IMG/VR virus record: IMGVR_UViG_3300032321_000388
Location: 32,001 to 96,000 of that record
From: a virus
Lineage: Duplodnaviria; Caudoviricetes
Reading direction: 5' to 3' (one strand)
DNA: 64,000 nucleotides
Below are positions 34,340 through 44,869 of this stretch, in pieces. Made by a program: the position numbers and the translations under genes. The notes beneath the pieces were generated by a model. It did not search any database, was not told the DNA's origin, and saw only the letters and a list, made by a program, of their open reading frames with translations. Every line of letters begins with the position of its first letter. The first letter of the stretch is position 1.

Positions 34340-36759
34340 TGAAATTATATACTGGATGTGTAGAGAATAGACAAGATCCACTTAAACTTGGTAGATGCCA
34401 AGTTCGGGTTGTTGGTCTACACAATAGTGATAAGACTAAATTAAAAACTGAGGATCTTCCATGGGCGTATCCTATGCAGCCGATTACTTCAGCTGCCATG
34501 TCAGGTATTGGCCATTCTCCACTAGGTCCAGTTGAAGGTACTTGGGTTGTTGTCATGTTCAGGGACGACGATCAGCAACAACCGATTATTCTAGGTTCAT
34601 TAGGTGGTATTCCACAATCTCAAGGTTCAATTGATGAAGATAATGATCAGCTTATCCTTAAACAAGATGGTTATTTACCTGGTTCAAATGAGCAAACTAT
34701 AACAGATCAAAATGGTAGTACAGTTACAAGTACAGATTCTACTCCAGGATCTGAAGATGTAGGATTAAATCCAGCTGGTACATATACTATATCTGAAGAC
34801 GGTATAGCATTAATTAAACAGTATGAAGGTTTAAAATTAAATGCCTACCAAGATTCTGTTGGAGTATGGACTATTGGATACGGAACAACATCAATTAATG
34901 GAGTTGCAGTATACCCCGGACAGACTATTACTGAAACTCAAGCTGAACAATATCTAAAAGATCATTTTACAACCAGTGTTTATCCAGCAATTAAATCAAA
35001 AACAAAAGCTCCAATTACTCAGTCTATGTTTGATGGTTTATGTTGTTTAACTTACAATATTGGCTCAGGGAATTATAGTAAGTCATCTTTATTAGGCGAA
35101 TTAAATTCTACCAAATATTTAGATGCTGCAACAGCATTCTTAGATTGGAATAAAGCTGGTGGACAAGTACTTGCTGGATTAACTAGAAGAAGATCTGCAG
35201 AAAAGAATCTATTCCTTAAGGATGGTATACCAAGTATTACTGGTGACTTATCTCCAGTTAACGAACCTAAAAAAGATCCTGTCGAATCAACAACTAATCC
35301 ATCTGGTTTAAGTGAGAGCGGAATAGCTAGAGTTCTTGGATTCAAGGATCCAAAAGGTAAGTATCCTCTCTATAAAAATGAACCTGATACTAATAAACTT
35401 GCTCGTCATGAAGACATTAAGAAAACAGTAGTATATAAGAAAGAACTTGCCAGAGAACGCGGTGTTTATACTGCTCAAAATATTTCATGGGATCAATCAC
35501 CAATTCCGTATAATTCCAAGTATCCATTCAACCATGTATTCATGACGGAATCTGGCCACGTGATGGAGTTTGATGATACAGAAAATTCAGAACGTATTCA
35601 CATCTACCATAAAACTGGTACATATACAGAGATCGATGCAAATGGTACTAAAGTTAATAGAATAGTCGGTGATAACTACGAGATCTTAGAGCGAAATGGG
35701 TATGTCTACATCAAGGGAGCTTTAAATGTTACCATTGATGGAGATCATAACGTTTTAGTTAAGAATGCAATGAACGTTGATGTTCAAGGTAATGTGAATA
35801 TGAACGTGTCTGGTGATATGAATGTTGCTGTAACTGGTCAATATAATCTTAGAGCTAAGGGTGTTAACATTGAGTCAACAGCAAATCCAATTAATGTCTT
35901 ATCTCAAAACAGTTTAAATCTGCAGTCTGCCGCAGCAATGAACCAAAAAGCTGGAGCAACATGGAATGTAGATTCAGTTCGTGCTGACATCAATGATGGT
36001 ACAGCTGGAAATGCTTCTGGTACTGGATTAACTACACCAGCAGAAATTACTCCTGAACAACCGGTGTTTACTGACTTGGTAGTGATTACCCGTGGAGCAG
36101 AGGCGGCAGCGCACTATGAAACTCCTGAAGAAGGCGATCCATCAGAATATATCCAAAAACAGATTAATGATGGTACATTAAATCCTGATGATCAGAATTA
36201 TGGTTCATCTCAAGGATCTACATCAGTATCTCCAAATACAGTAACTCCGTTACCAGCAAGTTGTAATGTTATTCAAGGTATGGACAAATTTACCGCTGAT
36301 ATGCAGTTGTCAACTCACTTTACATTAGGTTCATTAACATCTAATGGAACAAGATTACCAGTTAACCAACAAGGATTAACTGCTCAGCAAATTGTATGTA
36401 ATCTTAAAGGATTGGCAGAAAACTGCCTTGAACCAATTATTGATTTATATCCATCAGCAATTATTACCTCTGGATTTAGAAGACCTGGAGATGTGGCTAA
36501 GTCATCAGCAACTTCACAACATTACTTAGGTCAAGCAGCGGATATTGTTATTCCTGGATTTAATAGACAAAAACATTATGAGGCTATTCAAGCTATTCAG
36601 CAACTTATTCCATACGATCAACTCATATTGGAATACTCTGGAGCTAATACTGTTTGGATTCATGTATCCTTCAAGTATACAGCAAATAGACAAATGGCAA
36701 TGACAATGAGAGACCATCTTAAATATGGCGGCGATGGGCAGTTTACACTGATTGCATAA
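34339..36759 (+). CDS. 5: Baseplate spike gp5 with GH24 lysozyme and C-terminal M15 peptidase
   Basis: DPLKLGRCQVRVVGLH OB-fold; EGLKLNAYQDSVGVWTIGYG; ESGHVMEFDDT beta-helix; TSGFR..SQHYLGQAAD..WIHVS. Confidence 0.9.
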   Translation: MKLYTGCVENRQDPLKLGRCQVRVVGLHNSDKTKLKTEDLPWAYPMQPITSAAMSGIGHSPLGPVEGTWVVVMFRDDDQQQPIILGSLGGIPQSQGSIDEDNDQLILKQDGYLPGSNEQTITDQNGSTVTSTDSTPGSEDVGLNPAGTYTISEDGIALIKQYEGLKLNAYQDSVGVWTIGYGTTSINGVAVYPGQTITETQAEQYLKDHFTTSVYPAIKSKTKAPITQSMFDGLCCLTYNIGSGNYSKSSLLGELNSTKYLDAATAFLDWNKAGGQVLAGLTRRRSAEKNLFLKDGIPSITGDLSPVNEPKKDPVESTTNPSGLSESGIARVLGFKDPKGKYPLYKNEPDTNKLARHEDIKKTVVYKKELARERGVYTAQNISWDQSPIPYNSKYPFNHVFMTESGHVMEFDDTENSERIHIYHKTGTYTEIDANGTKVNRIVGDNYEILERNGYVYIKGALNVTIDGDHNVLVKNAMNVDVQGNVNMNVSGDMNVAVTGQYNLRAKGVNIESTANPINVLSQNSLNLQSAAAMNQKAGATWNVDSVRADINDGTAGNASGTGLTTPAEITPEQPVFTDLVVITRGAEAAAHYETPEEGDPSEYIQKQINDGTLNPDDQNYGSSQGSTSVSPNTVTPLPASCNVIQGMDKFTADMQLSTHFTLGSLTSNGTRLPVNQQGLTAQQIVCNLKGLAENCLEPIIDLYPSAIITSGFRRPGDVAKSSATSQHYLGQAADIVIPGFNRQKHYEAIQAIQQLIPYDQLILEYSGANTVWIHVSFKYTANRQMAMTMRDHLKYGGDGQFTLIA

Positions 36760-37322
36760 TGGCATTTAGTCCTTCATCAACGCAATTAAATACATTAAAT
36801 GAACTTAAGAATTTAAGCCATTTAATATCATACACTGATACTACTGGAAGCCTTGGAGCTACTGGATATTATGTAACATATCCAGTCACAATAACAACAT
36901 CACAACCAAATGTTACAGTTATGGTTACTGGTAATACTATATCTGGTTATTATTCTGATTGTTTTGATAATGAAATCCATTATAGAACAGTTGATAATAA
37001 CTTTGTTATGGTAACAAAATGGTCAGATATACTTATGGCTATAGCCGATGGAGTTTTATCTGAAGTTTATTACTATAAAGCTGATACTACAACACGAATA
37101 GTTTACAGTTATCTGGCAACTGCTGGAAATGGCGCAACGCAGACTTATACTATTAATGTTGATAATGATTGGACATCTGGAAGAAATCAAGTTATAAAAT
37201 TCACTAACTTGACTAAATATCAGCAAGAGATCCTGATGCTGTGGATAAATAATAATAGCGATAAAGTTGCATGGGCTAATAACATATTAGACATAATAGA
37301 CTGGGAAAACGACGTACTATGA
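36759..37322 (+). CDS. Hypothetical virion protein
   Basis: Coupled ORF in the structural module. Confidence 0.55.
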   Translation: MAFSPSSTQLNTLNELKNLSHLISYTDTTGSLGATGYYVTYPVTITTSQPNVTVMVTGNTISGYYSDCFDNEIHYRTVDNNFVMVTKWSDILMAIADGVLSEVYYYKADTTTRIVYSYLATAGNGATQTYTINVDNDWTSGRNQVIKFTNLTKYQQEILMLWINNNSDKVAWANNILDIIDWENDVL

Positions 37323-37513
37323 CATTAATTATACCAAATACATTTGCCAATAGAACTGGCTCAGCTCCTCTACTAGATTTAGATGAGAATTTTACCTATT
37401 TAGTTAATAATATAAATGGAAATGCTGGTGCTTCTTCAATATTAGATGGAGGAAGTCCTACTACAACATATACCGCAGGCAGTCCAAATATTGACTGTGG
37501 TGGAGTAAGTTAA
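37319..37513 (+). CDS. Small virion protein
   Basis: [18 protein letters not shown] fibre-anchor-like motif; LDGG/IDCGG. Confidence 0.55.
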   Translation: MTLIIPNTFANRTGSAPLLDLDENFTYLVNNINGNAGASSILDGGSPTTTYTAGSPNIDCGGVS

Positions 37514-39372
37514 TGGCATTTATACAATTCCAATTCAGACGAGGAACAACTGCAGAATGGGGAGCTACTGGAGCTAATCCAATACTCGCCAATGGAGAAA
37601 TGGGTATTGAAACAGATACTCATAAATTCAAAGTTGGTGATGGTACTACTGCATGGAATAGTTTACCTTATGGTGGTATTCAAGGTTATCAAGGAGCTAC
37701 TGGTTCTACTGGCCCACAAGGTTCTACAGGTGCTCAAGGTCCAACTGGTGGAGCTTCTGGACCTCAAGGTTCTACTGGTTCGCAAGGTGCTTCTGGTTCT
37801 ACTGGTTTAACTGGTGCCACTGGTGCCACTGGTGCTTCAGGTGCTCAAGGTGCTTCAGGTGCTACTGGCACTCAAGGTGCTTCAGGCGTAGGAGCTACTG
37901 GTTCTCAAGGTATAACTGGTGCTTCAGGTTCAACTGGTTTAACAGGTGCTACAGGAATTCAAGGTGCTTCAGGTTCAACTGGTTTAACAGGTGCTACAGG
38001 AATTCAAGGTGCTACAGGAATTCAAGGTGCTTCTGGTATTCAAGGGGCTTCTGGTATAGGTGCTACTGGTATTCAAGGTGCTTCAGGTTCAACTGGTTTA
38101 ACAGGTGCTACAGGTATACAAGGGGCTTCAGGCGTAGGAGCTACTGGTTCTCAAGGTATAACTGGTGCTTCAGGTTCAACTGGATTAACTGGTGCTACAG
38201 GCATACAAGGTGTATTAACTCCTTGGAATATAATTACTGGAAGTACATCTGTTTCTTCTGGTCAACAAATCATTGCTAATACTAGTAGTGGATCATATAC
38301 TTTAACATTACCAGGTTCTCCATCATTAGGCAATTCAGTTGTAATTCAAGATGGAGCAAATTGGCAAACTAATAATTTAATTATTGCTCCAAATGGAAAT
38401 TTAATAGAGAATCAGTCAGGTAATTTAATACTTGATGTTGCTGGAATATTAGTTTATCTAATTTATGATGGATCGCAATGGCAAGTTTCATCAACTGTAG
38501 GAGCAATTGGAGCAACTGGTCCTCAAGGTCCTACAGGTGGAGCGTCTGGACCTACTGGAGCAACAGGTCTTACAGGAGCTTCTGGATATGTAGGTCAAGA
38601 TGGAGCTACTGGTCCTCAAGGTCCTACAGGTGGAGCCTCAGGTCCTCAAGGAGCTAGTGGAGCAACAGGTATCAATGGAGCATCAGGTCCACGTGGATTT
38701 ACTGGTGCAACTGGAGAAACTGGTGCATCAGGAGTAGGAGCTACAGGTATAACTGGAGCAAGTGGAATAACTGGCGCATCAGGTATAACTGGAGCATCAG
38801 GTTCTACAGGTATTAATGGAGCCTCAGGAATTAATGGCGCAACTGGTATTACAGGAGCATCAGGTATTAATGGAGCCTCAGGAATTAATGGAGCGACTGG
38901 CGCAACTGGTATTACAGGAGCATCAGGAGCAACCGGACCTGGAGCAAATCAAACATTAAATACAACATCAAGTGTACAACATGCTTCATTAGGTATTGGA
39001 ACAACTCCAGGAGCTACAGGAGAAATTAGAGCTACTGCTGATATCACTGCGTATTACTCATCAGACGAAAAACTAAAAGAGAACATTCAACAAATAGAAA
39101 ATGCTCTTGGTTTAATTGAACAAATCAATGGGGTTAGATTTGATTGGACTGAAGATTATATTAAATCACATGGTGGAGAAGACGGATATTTTGTCCGTAA
39201 ACAAGATATAGGTGTTATTGCTCAAGAGATAGAAAAAGTTCTACCAGAAATTGTAGCACAAAGACAAGATGGTAACAAAGCGGTTAAGTATGAAAAAATT
39301 GTGGCAGTATTAATTCAAGCAGTTAAAGAATTATCCGTTAAAGTTAAAGAATTGGAAAGCAAATGGCAATAA
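37513..39372 (+). CDS. Collagen-like tail fibre with Mtd-like N-terminus and S74 chaperone domain
   Basis: [28 protein letters not shown]; long Gly-X-Y tracts; [12 protein letters not shown]...GVIAQE. Confidence 0.88.
   Translation: MAFIQFQFRRGTTAEWGATGANPILANGEMGIETDTHKFKVGDGTTAWNSLPYGGIQGYQGATGSTGPQGSTGAQGPTGGASGPQGSTGSQGASGSTGLTGATGATGASGAQGASGATGTQGASGVGATGSQGITGASGSTGLTGATGIQGASGSTGLTGATGIQGATGIQGASGIQGASGIGATGIQGASGSTGLTGATGIQGASGVGATGSQGITGASGSTGLTGATGIQGVLTPWNIITGSTSVSSGQQIIANTSSGSYTLTLPGSPSLGNSVVIQDGANWQTNNLIIAPNGNLIENQSGNLILDVAGILVYLIYDGSQWQVSSTVGAIGATGPQGPTGGASGPTGATGLTGASGYVGQDGATGPQGPTGGASGPQGASGATGINGASGPRGFTGATGETGASGVGATGITGASGITGASGITGASGSTGINGASGINGATGITGASGINGASGINGATGATGITGASGATGPGANQTLNTTSSVQHASLGIGTTPGATGEIRATADITAYYSSDEKLKENIQQIENALGLIEQINGVRFDWTEDYIKSHGGEDGYFVRKQDIGVIAQEIEKVLPEIVAQRQDGNKAVKYEKIVAVLIQAVKELSVKVKELESKWQ
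37675..38213 (+). repeat. Collagen-coding imperfect tandem repeats ([12 protein letters not shown] triplets)
   Basis: e.g. GGTGCTTCAGGTTCAACTGGTTTAACAGGTGCTACAGG recurs several times. Confidence 0.85.
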
Positions 39373-40562
39373 ATTTAAGTACATTATCTAGTGGAGCATT
39401 AGCTGGACCAATAGGAGCCACAGGAGTTCAAGGTCCACAAGGTAATTTTGGTGGAGCTGCATTTGAATACTATTATGATAGTTCAAGTACTGCTGATTCA
39501 GATCCTGGATTAGGTAAGATTAAGTTTAACAACACTTCATTAAATTCAGTAGCTTATCTATACATTAATGAAACTGATACTAATAGTTTAATTGCAACAA
39601 GTTTCTTAGAAACAATCGATGATTCAACATCAAATATTAAAGGTCATTTTTCTGTTGCTGAAAAATCTAATCCATTAGTTTATACATTATTTGCTATCAT
39701 AGGTTCTCATACAAAGTCTGGAAGTTATTATAAAGTTCCAGTAGGATATCTGTCAGGTGATACAACATTAACAGATGAACTAGATGTTATTCTAACATTC
39801 CAAAGATCTGGTGATAAAGGAGATACTGGCGATTCAGGAGCTACTGGTAATGCAGGAGCTACTGGTCCTCAAGGAGCTACTGGTAGTTTAACTCCATGGT
39901 CAATAATTACTGGAGCAACTGGAATAATCAACGGTAAGCAACTTATTGTGGATACAACTTCTGGTCCGTTTTCAATATCATTACCAGCTTCTCCGTCATT
40001 AGGTGATACAATACTTCTACAAGATGGTAATAATTGGTATTTAAATAATTTAACTGTATTACCAAATGGTTCTACAATTGAAGGTCAATCAGACTATTTA
40101 ATATTAGACGTTACTAATACATTAGTCTACTTAATATATGACGGTAGTACTTGGCAAGTTATATCAACAGTTGGTCCAATGGGTGCAAGCGGTATACGAG
40201 GAGCAAGCGGAGCTACAGGAACTCAAGGAGCATCTGGTGTAGGTGAAACTGGAGCATCAGGTATTCAAGGTATACAAGGAGCAACTGGAGTTCAAGGAGC
40301 AACTGGAGTTCAAGGAGCAACTGGAGTTCAAGGAGCAAGTGGAACTACTGGCGTTCAAGGTGTTCAGGGAGCTTCAGGCTCAACAGGATTAACTGGTGCT
40401 ACTGGAGTTGGTATCATAAATGCATATTGGTCTGTAGTTGGAGCATCAGGAGCGACAGGAGCTTTATACTTTGTATTTAATGGAACCAATATAGCTAAGT
40501 TAGATTCTGCAGGAAACTTTAGTGTTGTTGGTGACGTCATAGCTTACGAGACTATTACTTAA
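39363..40562 (+). CDS. Collagen-like fibre protein
   Basis: Gly-X-Y tracts; shares the LTPW..LPxSPSLG..LIYDGS.WQV domain with 37513..39372. Confidence 0.8.
   Translation: MAINLSTLSSGALAGPIGATGVQGPQGNFGGAAFEYYYDSSSTADSDPGLGKIKFNNTSLNSVAYLYINETDTNSLIATSFLETIDDSTSNIKGHFSVAEKSNPLVYTLFAIIGSHTKSGSYYKVPVGYLSGDTTLTDELDVILTFQRSGDKGDTGDSGATGNAGATGPQGATGSLTPWSIITGATGIINGKQLIVDTTSGPFSISLPASPSLGDTILLQDGNNWYLNNLTVLPNGSTIEGQSDYLILDVTNTLVYLIYDGSTWQVISTVGPMGASGIRGASGATGTQGASGVGETGASGIQGIQGATGVQGATGVQGATGVQGASGTTGVQGVQGASGSTGLTGATGVGIINAYWSVVGASGATGALYFVFNGTNIAKLDSAGNFSVVGDVIAYETIT
40275..40338 (+). repeat. 18-bp tandem repeat CAAGGAGCAACTGGAGTT x3.5
   Basis: Seen directly; encodes QGATGV. Confidence 0.9.
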
Positions 40563-40564
40563 TC

Positions 40565-41620
40565 ATGGCTTTACCTTCTAGCGGAAGAATTAAACTAAGT
40601 GATGTTAATACCGAATTAGGATTATCATCTACTACACGCGTATCTTTAGGTCAAGCTACTGTTCGAACTTTAACTGGTGTTGTATCTGGTAAAATTGCTT
40701 TAGCTGCAAATGGATATGGCAAGGCAAATAGAGTATCATTAAGCAGTACATTTTCTAGTAATACAGCTAATGCTACAGTATCTGTTTCTACATTAATTGG
40801 CTATATAGCTGGAAAAACTGATTTAACAATTACAGTTAATAGTGGAGTATATGTTTATTCTACAGATACAACAGCTCCTGGATTAATTATATCTAATGCT
40901 GCAGCAGGCGATACTGTAACATTAGTTAATAATGGCTATATCATGGGTAAAGGCGGTAATGGAGCAGGCGTAGGTGGTCAAGCTTATGGTACAACTGGTG
41001 AAGTTGGAAAACCTGGTGGTTCTGCTATATACTTGGGATGCAATATTTCTCTTACTAATAATAGTTATATTGGTGGTGGTGGCGGTGGAGGAGCATCAGT
41101 TGGTAGATCACGCAGCGGTGGAGCTGGAGGAGCGGGTGGAGGAGATGCCGGTGATGCTAGCTTATCATATCCTACTTACTTAGGTGGTCGTGGCGGGGCT
41201 CCTGGTGCCGCTGGAACAAATGGTTCTAATACCGGTGTACCTACCCATGGAGGCGGTGGAAGAATAATGCCAGGTGTCGGTGGTGGACAAAATTCTAGTG
41301 GTGGTCTTGGAGGCGGAGCAGGAGGTGGGGCTGGACCAAGAGCATATAATACTTCAGCATCACCTTCTTTACAATTTGCTGGATACTCTTCAGGAGGAAG
41401 TGGCGGTGATGCTGCAGGATTAGCATACCTTATAAATTATGAACATTCTTGCGGTGGTGGAGGAGGTTGGGGAGCAAAAGGTGGAGACGCCCAATCTGGA
41501 GGAACAGGATCATATCGAAACTTACTAATGTCAGGCGGAGCTGGCGGTAAAGGCATAGAGCTTAATGGTTATTCAGTCACATATGTAACAACAGGTACAA
41601 TTTATGGAGCGGTTAGTTAG
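40565..41620 (+). CDS. Glycine-rich fibre-tip adhesin (gp38-like)
   Basis: MALPSSGRIKLSDVNTELG N-terminus; LVNNGYIMGKGGNG, GGGGGGG, GGGGGWG, GTIYGAVS. Confidence 0.8.
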   Translation: MALPSSGRIKLSDVNTELGLSSTTRVSLGQATVRTLTGVVSGKIALAANGYGKANRVSLSSTFSSNTANATVSVSTLIGYIAGKTDLTITVNSGVYVYSTDTTAPGLIISNAAAGDTVTLVNNGYIMGKGGNGAGVGGQAYGTTGEVGKPGGSAIYLGCNISLTNNSYIGGGGGGGASVGRSRSGGAGGAGGGDAGDASLSYPTYLGGRGGAPGAAGTNGSNTGVPTHGGGGRIMPGVGGGQNSSGGLGGGAGGGAGPRAYNTSASPSLQFAGYSSGGSGGDAAGLAYLINYEHSCGGGGGWGAKGGDAQSGGTGSYRNLLMSGGAGGKGIELNGYSVTYVTTGTIYGAVS

Positions 41621-41629
41621 GAGATAATT

Positions 41630-41836
41630 ATGGCAAGAAAATGGGCAATACACAACCAAATTACAGGATTACAAGAAGAGCTAGATTCATTTGAAGCAAT
41701 CAAAGCTCGTAGGTTAGAAGTTATAGAAGAATCTGGCCTATTTAATATAACAGTTTTAGTACAAAACGAAGATGAGACATGGACACAAACATTGGCTGAT
41801 GCTAATGGAGATCCAGTTCCTTCTCCAATAGAATAG
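41630..41836 (+). CDS. Small hypothetical protein
   Basis: AGGAG RBS; 68 aa. Confidence 0.55.
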   Translation: MARKWAIHNQITGLQEELDSFEAIKARRLEVIEESGLFNITVLVQNEDETWTQTLADANGDPVPSPIE

Positions 41837-41843
41837 GATAAAA

Positions 41844-42320
41844 ATGCCGATTAATCTAAGTACATTATCAGGTAGTTCATTAGCTGGACAAATAGGAGCA
41901 ACTGGTCCTCAAGGTCTGACTGGTGCTACAGGTGCTCAAGGAGCTAGTGGATCCACAGGTTTACAAGGCGCTTCAGGTGCATATACTGCAGTAAGAGTCA
42001 ACTCTCAAACAAGTATTGCAACTTTAACTCCCAATGCTGGAACTTATGACTTCTATGACATCACTGCTCAAGCTGCATCTTTAGCTATAGCTAATGAATC
42101 TGGAACACCAACAAACGGCCAAAGATTGTTTATAAGAATAAAAGATAATGGTACGGCACAAGCTATATCATTCTCAGGTGCTACTGGAGCTACTGGAACT
42201 TTTATGCCTATAAGTTTAACATTACCAACAACAACTACTGTTAACAAATACCAATATATTGGTGCTATATGGAATAATAGTAGGTTTTCATGGGATGTAG
42301 TAGCTGCAAGTTCAGAATAG
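41844..42320 (+). CDS. Short collagen-containing virion protein
   Basis: N-terminus MPINLSTLS matches 39363; GTPTNGQRLFIRIKDNG...WDVVA domain. Confidence 0.7.
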   Translation: MPINLSTLSGSSLAGQIGATGPQGLTGATGAQGASGSTGLQGASGAYTAVRVNSQTSIATLTPNAGTYDFYDITAQAASLAIANESGTPTNGQRLFIRIKDNGTAQAISFSGATGATGTFMPISLTLPTTTTVNKYQYIGAIWNNSRFSWDVVAASSE

Positions 42321-42328
42321 GATAAACT

Positions 42329-42613
42329 ATGCCAGCAGCAACTAGATTAGGAGATGTTTGTACAGGACACGGATGTTTTCCTCCAAGAGTCAATGATGAG
42401 GCATCTGATAATGTATTCATCAATGGTATTGGTGCTCACAGATTAGGTGATCATTGGATTACTCATTGTTGTACTATTATTTGTCATGATGGAGTAGCGT
42501 CAGAAGGTTCATCAACAGTGTTTATTAATGGTAAAGCCGCTGTTAGAATTGGTGATATGATCTCATGCGGATCAGCCTCAGCTCAAGGCTCTCCAAGTGT
42601 ATTTTTCGGATAG
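42329..42613 (+). CDS. PAAR spike-tip protein (gp5.4-like)
   Basis: MPAATRLGD.CTGH, VFINGIGAHRLGD, VFINGKAAVRIGD, GSPSVF. Confidence 0.93.
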   Translation: MPAATRLGDVCTGHGCFPPRVNDEASDNVFINGIGAHRLGDHWITHCCTIICHDGVASEGSSTVFINGKAAVRIGDMISCGSASAQGSPSVFFG

Positions 42614-42617
42614 GACC

Positions 42618-42625
42618 TATAAATA
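42618..42625 (+). promoter_or_regulatory. Late promoter
   Basis: TATAAATA 4 nt before the gene 25 ATG. Confidence 0.7.
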
Positions 42626-42629
42626 ACTT

Positions 42630-43022
42630 ATGGCTCGCAATACCAGAACATTTTCAGACTTAGATCTCAACTTTACTAAACATCCAGTAACGAAGGATGT
42701 TGTTCGTAAGTTTGATGAGGAAGCTATTAAGGCTTCTGTTAAGAATCTAGTTTTAACCCAAAATTACGAGAGACCGTTTCATTCAGAGATTGGTTCTCAA
42801 ATTAGAGGTTTACTATTTGAACCAGCTACTCCTTTATTAAGTGTTATGCTTAAAAGAGCTATAACAGATACTATTATTAATTTTGAACCAAGAGTAAAAC
42901 TTAATGAAGTATTAGTAACAGTTTCACCAGATAATAATGAAGTTTATGTGTCGATACATTTTACTATTATTAATACAATAAGACCTGTATCAGTCGACCT
43001 TATTTTAACGAGAACACGATAA
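42630..43022 (+). CDS. 25: Baseplate wedge gp25
   Basis: FSDLDLNF, SVKNLVLT..YERPF..IGS, FEPRV. Confidence 0.92.
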   Translation: MARNTRTFSDLDLNFTKHPVTKDVVRKFDEEAIKASVKNLVLTQNYERPFHSEIGSQIRGLLFEPATPLLSVMLKRAITDTIINFEPRVKLNEVLVTVSPDNNEVYVSIHFTIINTIRPVSVDLILTRTR

Positions 43023-44869
43023 TGGCTACAAATAAAAATATCACAGTTGCAGAGTTGGATTTTGATGCAATTAAGTCTAATATAAAAACATTCTTGAAAG
43101 CACAGTCAACTTTTGCTGACTACGACTTTGAAGGTGCCGGTCTTTCCGTACTTTTAGACATCCTTGCATACAATACTCATTACAACGCCCTATATACCAA
43201 TCTAGCTGTCAATGAGTCCTTTTTGGATTCTGCCAGCAAACGATCAAGCGTCGTTTCAAGGGCTAAAGAAATTGGGTATGTTCCACATTCAGCAACAGGA
43301 GCTACAGCAACAGTTAATATTGTAGTGTCTGGAACTACATCATCTCCAGCTACTTTAACATTACCTGCTTATAGTTCATTCTCGACAACTATTGATGGAT
43401 CAAATTATACATTTTATAATACAGAAGCTATTGTTACTTCATTGTCAGGATCCACATATACATTTACTGAAGTTCAAATTAAAGAAGGTACTCCATTAAC
43501 ATTCAAGTATACTTCTGCAGATGGAGTTCAATATATACTTCCAAATTCAAATGTAGATTTATCTACTTTAAAAGTTAGAGTGCAGGATAATGCATCATCT
43601 TCAAACTTTGAGACTTTTGTTAATCAAGAAGATATTATTAATCTTGATGGAGCATCACAAGTTTACTTTATTAAAGAAATTGAAGGTCAACTCTATGAAT
43701 TAGAGTTTGGTAATGATACTATTGGTAAAGCTCTTATGAGTGGTAATGTAGTTAATCTAACCTATATGATAACAAATAAGACTGAAGGTAATGGAGCTAG
43801 ACTATTCACATATACTGGTTCTACTTTATTAGGTGGAGTAGTTGCAATAACTACTACAACTCCAGCAGTTGGCGGAGCTGATATTGAATCTATTGATTCA
43901 GTTCGTTATAATGCTCCAAGGTCCTATGCTTCACAGAATAGAGCAGTTACAGTAGAAGACTATAAGTCAATTATATTTAGATTATATCCAGAAGCTAAGA
44001 CTGTTAATGCTTGGGGTGGAGAAGACAACATTCCTCCTTCATATGGTAGAATTTATCTATCAATTCAACCATCATCAACAGCAATTTTAACTGATGGCCA
44101 AAAAGAATATATTATTCGTGAGATATTAAAACAAAAGAATGTGGTATCAATTACTCCTGTTATTGTAGATCCAGAGTATATCAATCTTGAGATTAATACT
44201 TCAGTATATTATAATCCTCGTTTAACAGTCAAAACTGAAACAGAATTAAAAGATTTAGTCATTAATACAATTAAAGCTTATAATGTAGAAAACCTTGAAT
44301 CATTTACTGGTATCTTTAGACATTCAAATCTATCTTCACAGATTGATGCAACAGAAGATTCTATTATCAGTAATATTACAACAGTTAAATTACATCGTGA
44401 AATTGATGTTCAATATAATGCAAATTCAACATATACAATTTATTTAGGCAATCCTATCTATGATTCAGGAGTTCCTGAAGAATCTATAAAGTCTACTGGT
44501 TTCTATATTGCTGGCAATGAAAATATTATGTATCTTGAAGACTTACCTACTTATGGTACATTTGTAGGTGTACTAAGAATGTATTACTATGTGGGCGATA
44601 TTAAAACATATTACAGAACATTTGGTACTATTGATTATGCTACTGGTACTATAACTATGCCAGAATTAGAGATTACTGGTATTGATCAGACAACATCAGA
44701 TATATTTGAATTGATTATTAAACCTCAATCAAATGATGTTGTATCTATTCGTAATCAATTAGTAAATATTCCTGATTCACAGATTAATGTTTCAGTTATC
44801 CTTGATAAAGTATCTGTTGGTGATCCTGCAGGCGGTGCTAATTATCAATTCACATCAAGCAGGAACTAA
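43022..44869 (+). CDS. 6: Baseplate wedge gp6
   Basis: ELDFDAIK, DYDFEGAGLSVLLDILAYNTHYNA, QNRAVTVEDY, WGGED. Confidence 0.95.
   Translation: MATNKNITVAELDFDAIKSNIKTFLKAQSTFADYDFEGAGLSVLLDILAYNTHYNALYTNLAVNESFLDSASKRSSVVSRAKEIGYVPHSATGATATVNIVVSGTTSSPATLTLPAYSSFSTTIDGSNYTFYNTEAIVTSLSGSTYTFTEVQIKEGTPLTFKYTSADGVQYILPNSNVDLSTLKVRVQDNASSSNFETFVNQEDIINLDGASQVYFIKEIEGQLYELEFGNDTIGKALMSGNVVNLTYMITNKTEGNGARLFTYTGSTLLGGVVAITTTTPAVGGADIESIDSVRYNAPRSYASQNRAVTVEDYKSIIFRLYPEAKTVNAWGGEDNIPPSYGRIYLSIQPSSTAILTDGQKEYIIREILKQKNVVSITPVIVDPEYINLEINTSVYYNPRLTVKTETELKDLVINTIKAYNVENLESFTGIFRHSNLSSQIDATEDSIISNITTVKLHREIDVQYNANSTYTIYLGNPIYDSGVPEESIKSTGFYIAGNENIMYLEDLPTYGTFVGVLRMYYYVGDIKTYYRTFGTIDYATGTITMPELEITGIDQTTSDIFELIIKPQSNDVVSIRNQLVNIPDSQINVSVILDKVSVGDPAGGANYQFTSSRN

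Noticed and set aside
37513-37680. Mtd-like N-terminus suggesting a diversity-generating retroelement
   Set aside because: No reverse transcriptase and no TR/VR pair differing at adenines was seen in the window.
37675-40400. Repeat tracts as a possible CRISPR array
   Set aside because: The repeats are in-frame Gly-X-Y codons without unique spacers.
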